DNA from: Chrysomallon squamiferum
Lineage: Eukaryota; Animalia; Mollusca
Direction of reading: 5' to 3'
DNA: 64,000 nt
NCBI GenBank assembly: GCA_012295275.1
Contig: CM022665.1
Location: 24,986,001-25,050,000 of the forward strand
Shown: positions 29,749 to 43,399 of the stretch, in pieces
Numbering within the stretch: the stretch's first letter is position 1
Layout of the letters: each line of letters begins with the position of its first letter
Notes under the pieces: model-generated
The model's input: only the letters and a program-made list of their open reading frames with translations
What the model was told of the DNA's origin: nothing
The model's database searches: none
Program-made: the position numbers and the translations under genes

Positions 29749-31068
29749 GTTTTTCGCTAGTTCTCCTTCCATTTGCCTTTACCAAAGAAATGAGGTTATT
29801 GACAAATGAAATCAATTACCTGCCACTGTTTTTTACGTTCCTTTGCAAAACAATTCCGTAGCAATATCTTAGCTGTATAGACACATTTAATTACAGAATA
29901 TTCATGAACGCATGGTGAACCCGTAAGAACAAACCACATTTAATTTCAATGTTGTACGAATCTATTCTGCAATGAAAAACGTCAACCTTATTAGCGTTCT
30001 TATTATTTAATGTCGGATGAAAATGGTTAACTCCGGTTTAATTCATTTACAAACAGTTCTCGAAAGGTACTTCTAGTCATATTTCAAACAGTTTCAATGT
30101 CTCTGCGCAAATTGCAATTAAAATACGGAAACAAGAAAATACTTAAGTACTTACAGAACTGCGATTTCACGGCAAAGAATATCATTAAGAAGTTTAAAAT
30201 CTACGTTTTCACCGCAGTCAGTTTAACGAATGAATGATTTATCTGTAATTCTGATTGTGTTTCTATGCTCACAGACATTTTTTTTCTTCTTTCTTTCTTC
30301 ATTTGTAAAACTATTTTTTTTTATTCAGTTTAGATGAATGTTTTTTTCCTTTTATCTGTCTTTCGTTTAAGACACAAAACGTATAATGAGAAATATCAAA
30401 GTATCATAGAATATAATAAAGTATTAATGAAAGTCTGCATTATATATACACGCACACACACACGCATGCATTGTTTTTTATATTTTTTACTTTTATATTA
30501 TTATTATCATTATCGTAATCATCATCAACATTATTACCACAATAATGATAATTATAATTATTATTACAGTCATCATCATTATCATCATAATTATTGCTGT
30601 TGTTATTTTCTTGTATCTGCTGTTAATACAGATTCGAATTCTTACAATCTAGAAATTCCCTTCAAGTTTCTTGAATACTTGAAAAAAAAAAAAAAAAAAA
30701 AAAAGTCTCTCGAAATCAATTTTTATTCACCGAAGAAAAAAACTATATATTTTTTATATGGCTTTATCCTAGAATTTTCATCTGGTGATTAAAACAGCAA
30801 TCTGTAGAAATACATATCGGGGACATATCGTGCATTGTACCAAGCGTTTTATGTGCTTTAAATATGCCATTCTGAACCCCAAAAAAAGATAAATGAATCT
30901 AATGCATATTCATAAAATCTTTTATAACGTTCTTGAATTTTTAGAACAACCACTAAAATGAATATATCTTGATAGCCAGAGATTATATCTTTAAAAGATT
31001 TAAGAAAAAAATCACGGAAGTTATATATATATATGTATATTCTTGTGTTTGTACTTGTATTTTAGTGC

Positions 31069-31190
<122 letters not shown>

Positions 31191-31896
31191 CTTTTTATTT
31201 CTTTGTCGTACTACTACGAAAGTTTCTCATTTTGTGTATGTTTTTCATTTTAGCTCCCAACGCAAAGACTGAACGTAAAATTACAACAAAGAAGAAATAG
31301 AATATAAAAATATACAGCGGAACAGAGACCTCGTCTTTTGTTTCTTGAATAAAAAATAAAAAAAATTCATACCTCTAACTTTGATCAGTAACTGACGTAT
31401 CTTAATTATACAGTCGATAACAAATACATATGTCATTATGATTAACTGTTAACACGCTCCCGTCTAACTCGTGGCCAATTCCGGTAACCAAAGATTGATA
31501 TATGATCTTGACGGAGCGATACCATTTAGTCAATATAGGTTTCAGGCTAGACAAGGTGCTATTAAATAGTCTATCAAAACTGCTTCAAATCTGTCAGAAG
31601 ACGAGACTGCTTTGTACTAAATAGCGTTTCCATAATATCTGGCCAGCGTATATAACAGGGGCTTTAATATTCGATGTATTACCCAAGTCATAACTACAAA
31701 ATATGAGATTAACAGCGGCAAATGACTGCACTCTCCTGTTAAGAATACAAGAGGTCTTATTTGTTATTTTGATTTATCTCTTTACTTTTTTTTGTATGTG
31801 AGCATATAAACAATACTCTTTGTATGTATTTTATGTATGTATGTACTATTACTATTACCATCATGTTTGTTTGTAGGTATGTGTGTAGGCTTGTAG

Positions 31897-31963
31897 GTAT
31901 GTATGTATGTATGTATGTATGTATGTATGTATGTATGTATGTATGTATGTATGTATGTATGTA
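31897..31963. repeat. (GTAT)n microsatellite
   Basis: Direct inspection. Confidence 0.95.
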
Positions 31964-33796
31964 TTCATGTATGTCTGTCATTATATATGTATATAAAATC
32001 TGTATGTATGTATCTGATTATATATATTTATGTGCTTGTATGAGTGTTTCTATGTATGTATGTGTGTATGTATACAGGCTGTGTGAAGCATGCGTTTGTA
32101 TGTGTGTGTCTTTTCAGGAATATACTCGTGCAGTTTTTATTGTCGTTTTTGCTTTGTTTATTTTTGTGTGGAGACTCTTTGATTTTTACTTTTATAATAG
32201 TTGTAACTGTTGTAAGATGTTCATAACGAGGTGTTTTATGTTTTAAACAATGTTGTTTCATTAAATACATGTAATATGTACGGAAATAACTTGGATGAAT
32301 TTTATGTTTTTCATTAAGTTTTATTTCAGCTGTTTCTCTCTCGGTGTGAAAATATAATAATGTAAACAACAAACAACAAAGACCGATATTTTAAATACAA
32401 ATATTTATTTTCAATTTCAAATAAACACGTAATAATTGTAAAGGAAAACCGTTTAGTTGTACTACAAGCTAAGACATCTAATAGAAGTCATTTTGTAAAA
32501 TTTCAAAGTTTAACTTAGAAAACTGAAAATTAAGCATATGATTTTAAGTAAAAATTCAGAAACGAATATCTAAAATGTACAACACTAGCAGCAACTTTCA
32601 TAAACTTTTAATGTTATAACTTTGCCTAATGTTTCATATATATTTTACTTTAATGATATTATATGAGTTCAGTAATATTGCTTGCTTGTTATATTTTTTC
32701 CATTAATAAGCAGAGCTATTTATTTATGAAGAATAATAATATTCTTGGGTTTAATATGTAAAATGAACCTTCAGCTTATGTCACTTTTAGCTCAACTTGA
32801 TTTGATAAACGTCACAAACGCTTTTAATTATTTTAGATTTTAAGAAGCATAAGCTCAGTGGTATATAGCTGGTGTATTTCGGTGAGATACATTACAAAGA
32901 CTGAAGTAAACACATACATACGTCAAGGATTGTCGGTGAAACTATTATATTATGAAGCAGATATTTGAAATTCAGTTATTACAGAATCAAATTAAACCAA
33001 CCCATTTTCGGTTATCTTCTGCATTCTTCGGTAATCTCTGAATGTATTTCTAGCCTGTTTTGCGAGCAGTGTAAGCCTGGAAACAGTACTGAAGAAATTA
33101 TATATCGTATTCGTGGCTACAGTTTCTGTATTCTCTACCATTTAATGACGCCGAGATTAATTTGAAACTGATCTGAATTAAAGTGAAAGTTCTTTGTATT
33201 ATCAGTTTTGTATAACCAACTCTCGAAGTAATTGTCTGTTTTTAAAATTCCAGTACCTAAAATAACAAACAGCATTTTATAAACGTTGTCAAGTTATTAT
33301 AATTATGCTTCATAGAAGTCCTCTTCTTTCTCTTTCTGTCGGTTTCTTTGTCGCCTGTAACAACATGATAGTAATAGTAATAGAAAAAAGACAACAAAAA
33401 ACACCTCCAACCTTTGTCAACTGAAAATTCGATTTAAATATGTTTGATGATTATTTTTTATTGCCCAGTTTTGATCATCGTTGTTGGGAAGGAAATAATA
33501 ACTGAAATGTTAACAATAATACTGATACAGTAATGAATACCTTTAATAAGACGCGACTACATTTTAAATACACAAACTAACGGTCAGAATTATTAGTGTT
33601 AAAATTTAATGAAGACTCAAGCTAGCCAGTCATAACAAACACTTTACCTCAAGTGAACATTTACCTAACCTGAAAACAAAAAAATGGCACAAGTTAAGCT
33701 AGAGTGAAAAATTAATAAAATTTAGAAGCTGGATATTTGTTTTTATTTATTTATTTTTTTACATTTCTTTCAATGCTAAAACTACTTTATTTCTTC

Positions 33797-33851
<55 letters not shown>

Positions 33852-35666
33852 TCAATTACAAAGAATGAAAACAAAACAACTACAGGTGTAGCAAAAGAAA
33901 ACACAAACTGCTTCGTGAAGATATGATCGTTCCATGACAACAACAAAAACAAAATCGTTATATGTCTTCAGAAAATGGTGCAATATTAAAACCGTACACA
34001 ACTGAGAGACTGAACGCAGCACCATGGCGAGTCCCGGAATAGTAAAGAACTTAATGTGAAGAGATTAATCGTTTTGTTATTGTGTTTTGTGCTTTCTGTC
34101 TCCTCCGTTCAGAATAAAACCACTTGAGATGATAAAGAAGTGAACTGCTCGCTTTCTGCAGTCTTTTTACTCCAACATTTTAGAATTCCAGTTTACGCAC
34201 TGTGATAACCATCAGTTTTTTGTCTGACAATAGCAGGAATCTTTCTAGCATTAAGTCTGACTGGTCTTTCATCCATTTGTGATATTATTATTTAGTCAAA
34301 ATAGCCTTTGAACGCTTTCTTGAATAGTGATACAAGCATAACTCTTTTTAAAGATTTTAATCTGCATGGTTCTTACATTCATAATTCTGTACTCCCTGGT
34401 TGTTGTTGTTTTTTTTCTTTTTTTCACCTTGATTCACTATGTCAGAATATTCATCCATTGTATTCATTCGACAACATAACGTATGATAATCAGTAAGATT
34501 ATTTATGACCACAAAGGGAATTACGCAAACTGAACAGTTCAAATTAATCTCATTCTTCTTTACTCACCTTTCATCATAATACTCACAAAAAAAAAATACC
34601 ATGCATTGAATACTGAGAATACTGAGTAAGTATTGCACCCACGTGAAAGAAAAAATAAATAAATAAACGACAACAAAACAAACAACCTAAAAAACAAGAA
34701 GAAACAAGAAACAAACAAGAAAATGTGTTATTGTTTACACATTCGCTACTTCATGGAATATTTATGAAATGTTCGTGATGATTTTTTTGTATTTTCGAAG
34801 CCCATCATGTACAGAATCTGGCATCAACCATGCATTCACTTCATTTCTTCAAGAATATAAATCAATATGATTTTTTAAAGACACAATTTCTATAGATTTC
34901 TATAGCAAGAATGAAAACTGAATTTTCTTCATATTAGCACACACAGGTGGTTCTTATTGATGGTAGTAGGTAAGACAAACAGTAACGTGTGTATATTGTA
35001 TTGTTCAGCAATTAGTATGAAATGTCAGATATTTTCGGATACTTGTACCGAATAGCAGAAAGAAAAACACACTCATTAGAACATGCATTTGAGATATAAC
35101 AGCGAACACGACAAAAGATGATAGGTATATACTTCACTACGAAGACCCAAACAGGTCCACTGTCCCGAAATAGAGTCCAGGTCCCAAATTTGATTGAGTA
35201 TCCCCATAGAGGATTAACTATTCCCAGACAGGGTTCATGTATTCCTAACAGGAATATGAGTTTTCTGATTAGATTTAGTTTTCTCAAACAGCGCTCAATG
35301 TTCACATTATGAAATGAAAAAGTAGTCAAATTTACGTTACTACAAAACTTTCCCAAGTTTCTATTCCGTTATATAACGATACGAATGGCAATAAGAACAA
35401 ATGATTATACTGCTGACTTTCAACATAGGCTAACAAGACGATAATTACGGCCTGCTCAGCATCGCCGTGCGCTTGAGTATCACCTTGGGAATTTGCCCAC
35501 AATTACATGATTCATATGAAGACTCCAGTAAAACGTGTGTCAGCCCCATCACGTCCCAGTGAAGCATGGTTCCACATTAGTCATTCGTATTTGCATAATG
35601 GGAATCATTTTACTTTTTTTTATCTTGTTTCTGATCTAATACTTAATTAATATCTTTGTGTCCGTG

Positions 35667-35788
35667 TCACAACGCCTTGAGAATCAGTCGACAGAGGAAA
35701 ATAAAACAACACGATGTTACGACGAGCGTCTGGGATGCCAGCAGTTCGTAGAAGCTGTTTCTTGACCCCATCGCTGTACCCGACGAAC
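35667..35788 (-). CDS. Gene B exon 8: GPI-anchor-type C-terminal signal and stop
   Basis: Acceptor cattacag|GT in phase 1. (G)SSGTAMGSRNSFYELLASQTLVVTSCCFIFLCRLILKAL-TGA: small residues, a spacer, then a terminal hydrophobic stretch, as expected for GPI-anchored members of this family. Confidence 0.8.
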
Positions 35789-36116
35789 CTGTAATGTTAA
35801 ATTACCTTGCTGTTATTAGTGTATTGTTTATAAACACATAAATATATATAATATATATATATATAAAACGTCTTATGAATAACAATGGGTTCCAGTTGTT
35901 TGTTGGTTGCTTCTTATTATTATTCTTGTTATTATTAGGTTTTTTTTGCTTTTTTACTTTTTGTTCTTAATGAGTGCGCTGAATGTGTGAATATACATGT
36001 GCTGGTAGTTTGTCTCTATGTCTGTCTTTCTAACTATCTCTCGATCAATCACACACACACATAAACAAACACACATACTCCTTTGTGTGTGTTGGATATA
36101 TATGTGTGTGTACATA

Positions 36117-36336
<220 letters not shown>

Positions 36337-36406
36337 GCAATAATTAATTTGAAATAGGTATAACTTTTGTGAAATGTCGACAATAATTAGTTTTTAAATG
36401 GATCAC

Positions 36407-36589
36407 CATATATTAAATCCCTGTTGGCATTTTCTTGTGTGGACCAATCCATTACGTTTTCTCTAACATTTTCTTCTCTGCCGTTGACAAAAATATCTGG
36501 ATACATCCATTTGTTGATCACAGGTTGCCTGTGTATGACGTCCGTTGTCTTTGTCGTTGTGGAGGTCGTCAATCTACGCAATGCGTAAT
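36407..36589 (-). CDS. Gene B exon 7: Thr-rich stalk
   Basis: Acceptor atttcag|AT in phase 1 (G+AT=Asp). DYALRRLTTSTTTKTTDVIHRQPVINKWMYPDIFVNGREENVRENVMDWSTQENANRDLIY. The phase-1 donor TATG|gtgatc is weak, so the 3' boundary is less certain. Confidence 0.8.
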
Positions 36590-37188
36590 CTGAAATATAC
36601 ACATTTTATTTCGTTTTATGTTTAGTAACATTTAAAAGAAGATGATAGTTACAATAAAAATGATGATCATGAAGATGATTATTAATTACCATATTTAGAA
36701 AACGAGTAAGAGGAAAATGATAAAGATGATGACGATGAAGATGATTAAGCTAAATATAATTAATGAAAAAAAATTAATTAATTAATGTAACGAAAATAAA
36801 TTAACAAAAGCATCAACAACAAACCCTAAAGTAAAGATATAATAGGTTTGGCCAAACGATATTGCTGCCACAGCGCTAGATTTAATATCTAACTATTTAA
36901 TACTGAACGCCCAGACAACGTATCAGGATGCAGGTAGTTATAACTAAATCTAATCTTGTGACCGCCTGTTACGTGTCCATCAAAATGTCTAATATCAAAA
37001 TATAACTTTCTGTACAGCGCGAATGTACAAAGTGTCTTGCGACATCCAACATGTTGAATATTAAATTAAAATCTATCAGTTTTCTGTCTACAAAACGGCC
37101 GCGCCAGAGTATCAAAGTATACATTTAAAATCATTTCTCTAGTGGGCTTCAATCTTCTACTCTTAACAGACAGATCGAATGACACACA

Positions 37189-37235
<47 letters not shown>

Positions 37236-38259
37236 GTATGAATTTGTTTATTTATTATTTTATGTTATGTTTATTTTATTTATTCTTATTTTTATTTATT
37301 TTATTTTTTTCGCGCAGCTGATTTCTGTGAATGAATACCATAGTAATATTTCAGGCTCTGAATTGGATTCTTTTTCCAAATTATCTTACTAATTAACATT
37401 CAGATTCTTTTATTACATTTCAAAAAAAAAAAAAAACCATGTGTTTCTTTCTCAGCAATGCATTTAGAAATGCATTCACTGAAATACATCAAAATAAATC
37501 AAATCAATTTTACGATTATATATATATATATAAAAAACCTTACAAAAAAAAAAAAATAAAAAAAAAGAAAAAGAAATTGGAAACATCTTAAATATATTCG
37601 GTTGCTTTATTAACCAGTTCTGTAGGACAATGAGAAGATATATCGTTATACTTACAGCTGTATTGCGATTAAACAATCTGACATTTCCCGAGGCTGACAT
37701 AACAGCTAACAGTGAACAATGTTAACTCCTCTGAGATTGGAATACAGCTATATATCATTAAATCTGAAAACGTCTACGTCTGTGTGTGTGTTGTTAAGAA
37801 ACAAACCAAAATACACCATTAGAAAACTATTTGCCTAACGACTGTTAATGATGATGCTAAATATGAAATAAAAAAGGAAGAAGAAGAAGACGAAGAAGAA
37901 GAAGAAGATGATGATGATGATGATGATTCAAACCAAAAGACGAAAAAGACGATGATAAAAATGTCATTTCTTTTATTTTTCTGCATCTTCTTTACCTACT
38001 ATGAACAGTTATTTAGCTATTGAAAGAAAAACCAAAATTTTTTTTTTTTTTTTTTTAAAACCGATGAAACTGTTTCCTTCATGCGAAAATATGTACGAAT
38101 GAAACATAAACAGATAGAAAGAGATAATGCCAGTGCCATACATATTAATTCCTAATATTATTTGTATACTTACAACCCATATCATCTGCTGCAAATAATG
38201 TACTGAAAAAAGAAGTGAAATTATAAAGCTATCAGACTGTATTCGACTAATACACCTAC

Positions 38260-38547
38260 CATATACTGTCATACTTTCCTCGTCAGAACCGAGGATGTTG
38301 GATGCCGTGCATGTGTATTTACCAAAGTCGTTCTCGTCGAGATTTCTCACTCGCAGACTTAATGTTATTGTGTTGTCGCCTTCTTCGTAAATCTCAACAC
38401 GATATTTTATACTTTTATGGATTTCCACTCCATTCCGCTTCCACACGGTTATTTCTTGAGGGTTCGCCGAAACTATGCATTCCAGAATCGTGTCTTTTCC
38501 CATTTCCTGACCAATCTTTTTATTGGGAAGGCGAATTTCTGGAGGAA
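38260..38547 (-). CDS. Gene B exon 6: Ig3
   Basis: Acceptor gtttcag|TT, donor TATG|gtaggt, 288 nt, phase 1 to 1. (F)PPEIRLPNKKIGQEMGKDTILECIVSANPQEITVWKRNG...DENDFGKYTCTASNILGSDEESMTVY. Confidence 0.95.
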
Positions 38548-38885
38548 CTGAAACAGAGATGGTGTAAAATATTTTAGTATTTATGTAACTGTAATTTATG
38601 TGGATGGTGGTAAAGCGAAGAATAAAATCATTATAATTCGTTTATAGGTCAATTATGACAGTGCTTCTAAAAGGATTATTATAAACATGTTTGATACTTC
38701 GAAATTACACTAAGGTTCAGAGATGAAGAAGATATTAAATAAGTCAAAATACTTGTACTAGATCGGATTTATGAAACATAACAAAGAAACTCGAAAAATC
38801 TGTAACAATACTCCATAGAGATACTAACAAAATATATAAAATATTTTTAATAGAATATTATATAACAACCATATATATATATATT

Positions 38886-38957
<72 letters not shown>

Positions 38958-39200
38958 AAAGATATATAGCAACTGGATATTATAACATTATAATCTATCA
39001 GGATACCACAAGAAAGTACGCTGTCGAAACACACCAAGTTTTAAGCTAGCAGGTATGAGTATGGACGTACTACATCTCTACACAATAAAAATTACATTAC
39101 CAAGCATTATGAATATATACGTAATATAGAATTACTTCGAAACTACAGTTTTAATACAACTGTCAGTTAGTAAAGAAATATCTCCCCTGTCCAAACGTCT

Positions 39201-39269
39201 TTCAAATAACTTTGCCATAAAATCAGCTAAACAAATACCAGTCAAGTTTAATAGAAAGTGTTCAGTGGC
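39201..39269 (+). repeat. Dispersed repeat fragment, copy 1 (gene B intron 5)
   Basis: Aligns with 54981-55051; shared ccataaaatcag and agaaagtgttcagtggc. Confidence 0.75.
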
Positions 39270-39680
39270 ACACAGGACACGTGCCATATTTGGCATATCT
39301 TAGGTACGCTTCTGGTTGTAACTGTAAACTGTAAGAAGATATTGTATCTATGTACTGAAAGAACATACTGTCTCCATAAACTGTAATCTACAGATAGAAT
39401 AAAGGATACTTTATGGATGTACTGCTTATTCCTAGTATCATAAAATACAACATCCAGACACAACAACCATAAAGAAATACTACAATGAGACAATTTTGAA
39501 TTATAAATCAGCTGTACACATTCTGATTTATATACTGTAATATGCAGATGCAATGCATACTGTATGAAGATATTCTTTGTGTTGTCATATTTGTCTGCTA
39601 TAAGGAGTTATTGCTTTGAGATACTGTGGAAATATATATATATATAAAAGAAATAATAATAATAATTAGTATGTACTTAC

Positions 39681-39809
39681 ATTCTACAGAAACTCGGATC
39701 AAACGTGTCGCTTTAGGAGGAACCCCATTGAAAGCTTCACATTCGTAGATACCATCACAGTAACGACTGATGTTGTGAATAACCAGTACTTCGCCACTAG
39801 TTCCAATCT
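39681..39809 (-). CDS. Gene B exon 5: Ig2 C-terminal part
   Basis: Acceptor tttatag|AG, donor GAAT|gtaagt, 129 nt, phase 1 to 1. (K)IGTSGEVLVIHNISRYCDGIYECEAFNGVPPKATRLIRVSVE, with the YEC.A.NGVPP motif. Confidence 0.95.
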
Positions 39810-40873
39810 CTATAAATCACACAGGATATAACCCGTAAATGTTTCAGCGGAGTTCACAACGAAATCCATTCACAAACACAAAGCATAAATAATGAAAGTG
39901 ACATTCAGTTTGTGTGAGAGAAATATATAATAATATGAAATACAAAACGTAAGAATAAAACTACAATTTGAAGAAAAAAAAACTAATTACTGAAACTGAA
40001 AAAATATGACATTTATTGCATGATGCTAAACTATCTAATTTCACATATGACATAATTTAAGAAGTAAAAAGAAGAAAAACAAAAAACCATGCTTGGTGTT
40101 AAATTTCATTTGCAGTATGCATTTTTGATAATGATTCCATGATCAGAGTGAAATAATTGGCAGGTTCAGTCGAGCAATATTAACAGTACTGAAATACCAA
40201 AGCTTATGGTTTATGCTGTTTCATAACTTTATTATTTATTTATTTATCTATTTATTTTATTTGTTATTGTTTTGTTTTATTTTATTTTATTTTATTTATT
40301 GATTTATTTATTATTATTATTATTTTTTTAATGATTAACGCACCGAAACAAGAAATTAAAAAAGAAAAGAAAAAGAAAACAGGTTAGCTCTGTATTTTAA
40401 ACTTAATTAGTTTCGATTAATTAGTTTGAATAGATGGCAGGTCTTATTTACTAAGTAAGTATTAAACTGTTCAATATTGGGTCACAGTATTCAGAATTTA
40501 TTACTAATTGACAGCAGCGAAATCTGTCAATGATGAGCTGGCGTGCTGGAGTTATAATAAAAATGTTCTGACTTCAGAAAGTGATGGGGAAAACAGCTTT
40601 AGACATTGTTCTTAAAAGATAAACGAAAATATATTTATCAGCGTTTATTTTGGTGGACACAGCAGAAATGAATATAAAATCAAATGTATACTGGTGTTTA
40701 TGAGTGTGTAAGACGTAACCATGCTGTTTGTGATTTCTTTAAATATATCATGCGTGTAATCACGAAGTACACAAACTGCTCTAAGACAAACAAGCGAGTA
40801 CGACGAACAAGCGTGCCGAACAGAACACAAACAACACAAAGGGTCTTACTGGTAGTGCCAGGGCAGAACTCAC

Positions 40874-41029
40874 TCTCTTTGGCGCTGTCATCAGCTTTAT
40901 CTGTTGTATGTCGGTACCACTTGACCGTCGGCATGGGAATTCCCGAGACGTTACAGGTCAAGGTCACAGTATCTCCTTCCAGCACGGTCATGTCGTTTGA
41001 AGACAATTCAGGTATGATTTTTGCAGTAA
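40874..41029 (-). CDS. Gene B exon 4: Ig2 N-terminal part
   Basis: Acceptor cttacag|TT, donor GAGA|gtgagt, 156 nt, phase 1 to 1. (V)TAKIIPELSSNDMTVLEGDTVTLTCNVSGIPMPTVKWYRHTTDKADDSAKE. Confidence 0.95.
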
Positions 41030-42432
41030 CTGTAAGTATAAAAATTCCAAAATATTAGAAACTGTTGTTTTGTGTTTGTTTGTTTGACTGCTGTTGTTGT
41101 TGTTGGATTTGGGGGTCGTTGTTGTTTTGTTTTTTTGTTTTTTTTTTTTTTTTTTTTTTTTTCCGGAGAGAGTTTGAGGGTGGGGAGATAACTGAAAGGT
41201 GTTTAAAATACTTTAAAATAAAATATTTTTAAGAATAAAGTTTATATTTGTCAGTTTCTACGTTAAACTCTTACGTTTAAAAGAATTACCATGAAGACAT
41301 CCTTACAAAATAAATACATAAATAAATGTTTCACGTTTAACCTACTCTCAGATCTCCAAGATTACAAACAGTGATTCACCCGTCTGCGGATAATCTTTAC
41401 TGCAGTTTAGTTTAAAGGATAAATGTGTAGGATCAGGATGAAAATTTTGAGGCGTTTCTTTTTTCAAGAATGTTCTGCTTTATTTCTTTTTCGTCTTAAC
41501 CCAAATTCATTTAAACGTTACCGTTAAATTTATTTAGTGTGTCTGTGTATTTATTTATATAGGAATGGGATTTGATGTAAAATTATTTTGTTTCGTCGAC
41601 GTGTGTTGGTACGTAGAGGGAGGTTTATAATAATAACAATTTAAGCCTACACAGACATTCTTCCCTGATGATGTAAGCAAACCAGACTTGAGTTACGTCC
41701 CCTTTTTTGTCAATCGTCTGCTATTGATGGAGACTATAGCCACGCCTGTAATGGCTACACATTTCACACAGAGACAAAAAGATGGATAACTAGTGTCTTG
41801 GCTGTCACGACAGCCAGCTGCATAGTGTCTGAAGAACGCGCTTACTTTTTAACGTGAAGAATGAGAAACGAATGTGGCAGAAAACACTTCAGTGTGAAAA
41901 ACACAAATTCAATAAAATAAACGTAATCCGGCAATATAATTGACAGTCTGGAACTAAACGACAAACTGTTTTCACATATTTTCTCACAGCGCTCACGTAA
42001 CCTTAAATGTTTTAGGGTTTTGGGTAACTGTCATTTTCAGTCCCCTTCAGTGACTGCTAGAGAAATGTTACGTCCAATTTATGGGATGTTTTGCTTTCGC
42101 TTTTGGAAAATGATTATAATGTGGCTCCTTCAGAGAGAAAATAGCTAAAAAAGGATGTCTTTTTTTTTATGAATGAGATATATTTTTACTTTTGTAGTAG
42201 TTACATTGTTCAATTATTTGTCTTTGATCAATATTTATGTAACATGTTCTGTGGTGGAAAAAAAAAAAAAAAAAAAAAAAGAAAACGAAAAGAAAAAAAA
42301 AGAAAAGAAAAGAAAAAAAAGTTTAATAAAACAATATATCTGTAAACTGTGTTTTGTTTTGTTTTTGTATCCAGTCACACTTTATTATTATTTTTCTTAA
42401 AGTAACAAATAATAAAAGACATATGCAGATAT

Positions 42433-42545
<113 letters not shown>

Positions 42546-42584
42546 CAACAGTAAGAAGAAAACTGAAACAAAACTAAGTCTTGC

Positions 42585-42789
42585 CTTGTACTTTGAGGTG
42601 TACTGTTTTCAGTTTTATTGGACTCGTGTTCACCTGACAGTTGTACAGACCCTGATCTTTGTATTTCACTTTTCTGATGTGAAGATTCCAGTCTTTCGTG
42701 TACGGACGCTCGATGCTTAAACGTTCATCGTCGATTATTCGACGATCTTCGAATGTCAGTAACATAGACCACTGGTCTGTCCATACAAC
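42585..42789 (-). CDS. Gene B exon 3: Ig1 C-terminal part
   Basis: Acceptor catgcag|GTT in phase 0. VVWTDQWSMLLTFEDRRIIDDERLSIERPYTKDWNLHIRKVKYKDQGLYNCQVNTSPIKLKTVHLKVQ, with WNLHI and DQGLYNCQVNT motifs typical of DIP/Lachesin Ig1. Ends at the GC donor CAAG|gcaaga, phase 1. Confidence 0.95.
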
Positions 42790-43399
42790 CTGCATGAATG
42801 GAAAATTCAGTTATTTTCAACATGATGTCACCAAAATTGTTATAATTTTATAACATTATAATCTATTATATCAGTTTTATAATACTGTATATTAGTTGAA
42901 TAAAACAGATGTGTATGTGATATACGTAAAATATTCCGTAGTATTTTGCTGCTGTCTGATTTAGCCATGTAGCGCTAGAGCATCTCACGTTTAGATCTCT
43001 GCAGTTCTGGTACCCGCTAAACCACAGCTGTTTGTATGCAGTGTTAATATTGCAACAGTGCTTACCAATGTTGCACTGAAGCAACATATACAGGTTATAT
43101 TCGTCTGGTCCTGTTTACTGTATGGGCAAAACAAACAAGATGAAATAATCTTAACTCGTTGTGAAATGGTTCTGCTAAATAGAAAGTGAAAGCACCATTA
43201 ACGTCTAAACATGAAATCATTATTTTATTTCTTTCCCTCTGTTTTTGTTTTCTTTCTTTCTTTCTTTTTTGGTAGGGGTGGTTTGCTGTCCATGATATAG
43301 TAAGGCTGTAGTAGTATAAAACTGATAGAAGTAGTTGATGTTGTAGTAATAGAGGTAGTAACGGTAGATCTACAGACACCTACTGAAACGTAATTTTTT

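Noticed and set aside
34015-34035. RE1/NRSE-like sequence CGCAGCACCATGGCGAGTCCC downstream of gene B
   Set aside because: Mismatches in the GGACAG half-site, and canonical REST/RE1 regulation is established in chordates, not in this apparent protostome.
40698-40873. Hydrophobic read-through extension of exon 4
   Set aside because: A strong GTGAGT donor is present and read-through would truncate Ig2 mid-domain.
40684-41058. 124-aa plus-strand ORF (also 38302-38577 and 58496-58804)
   Set aside because: Antisense shadows of the real minus-strand exons.
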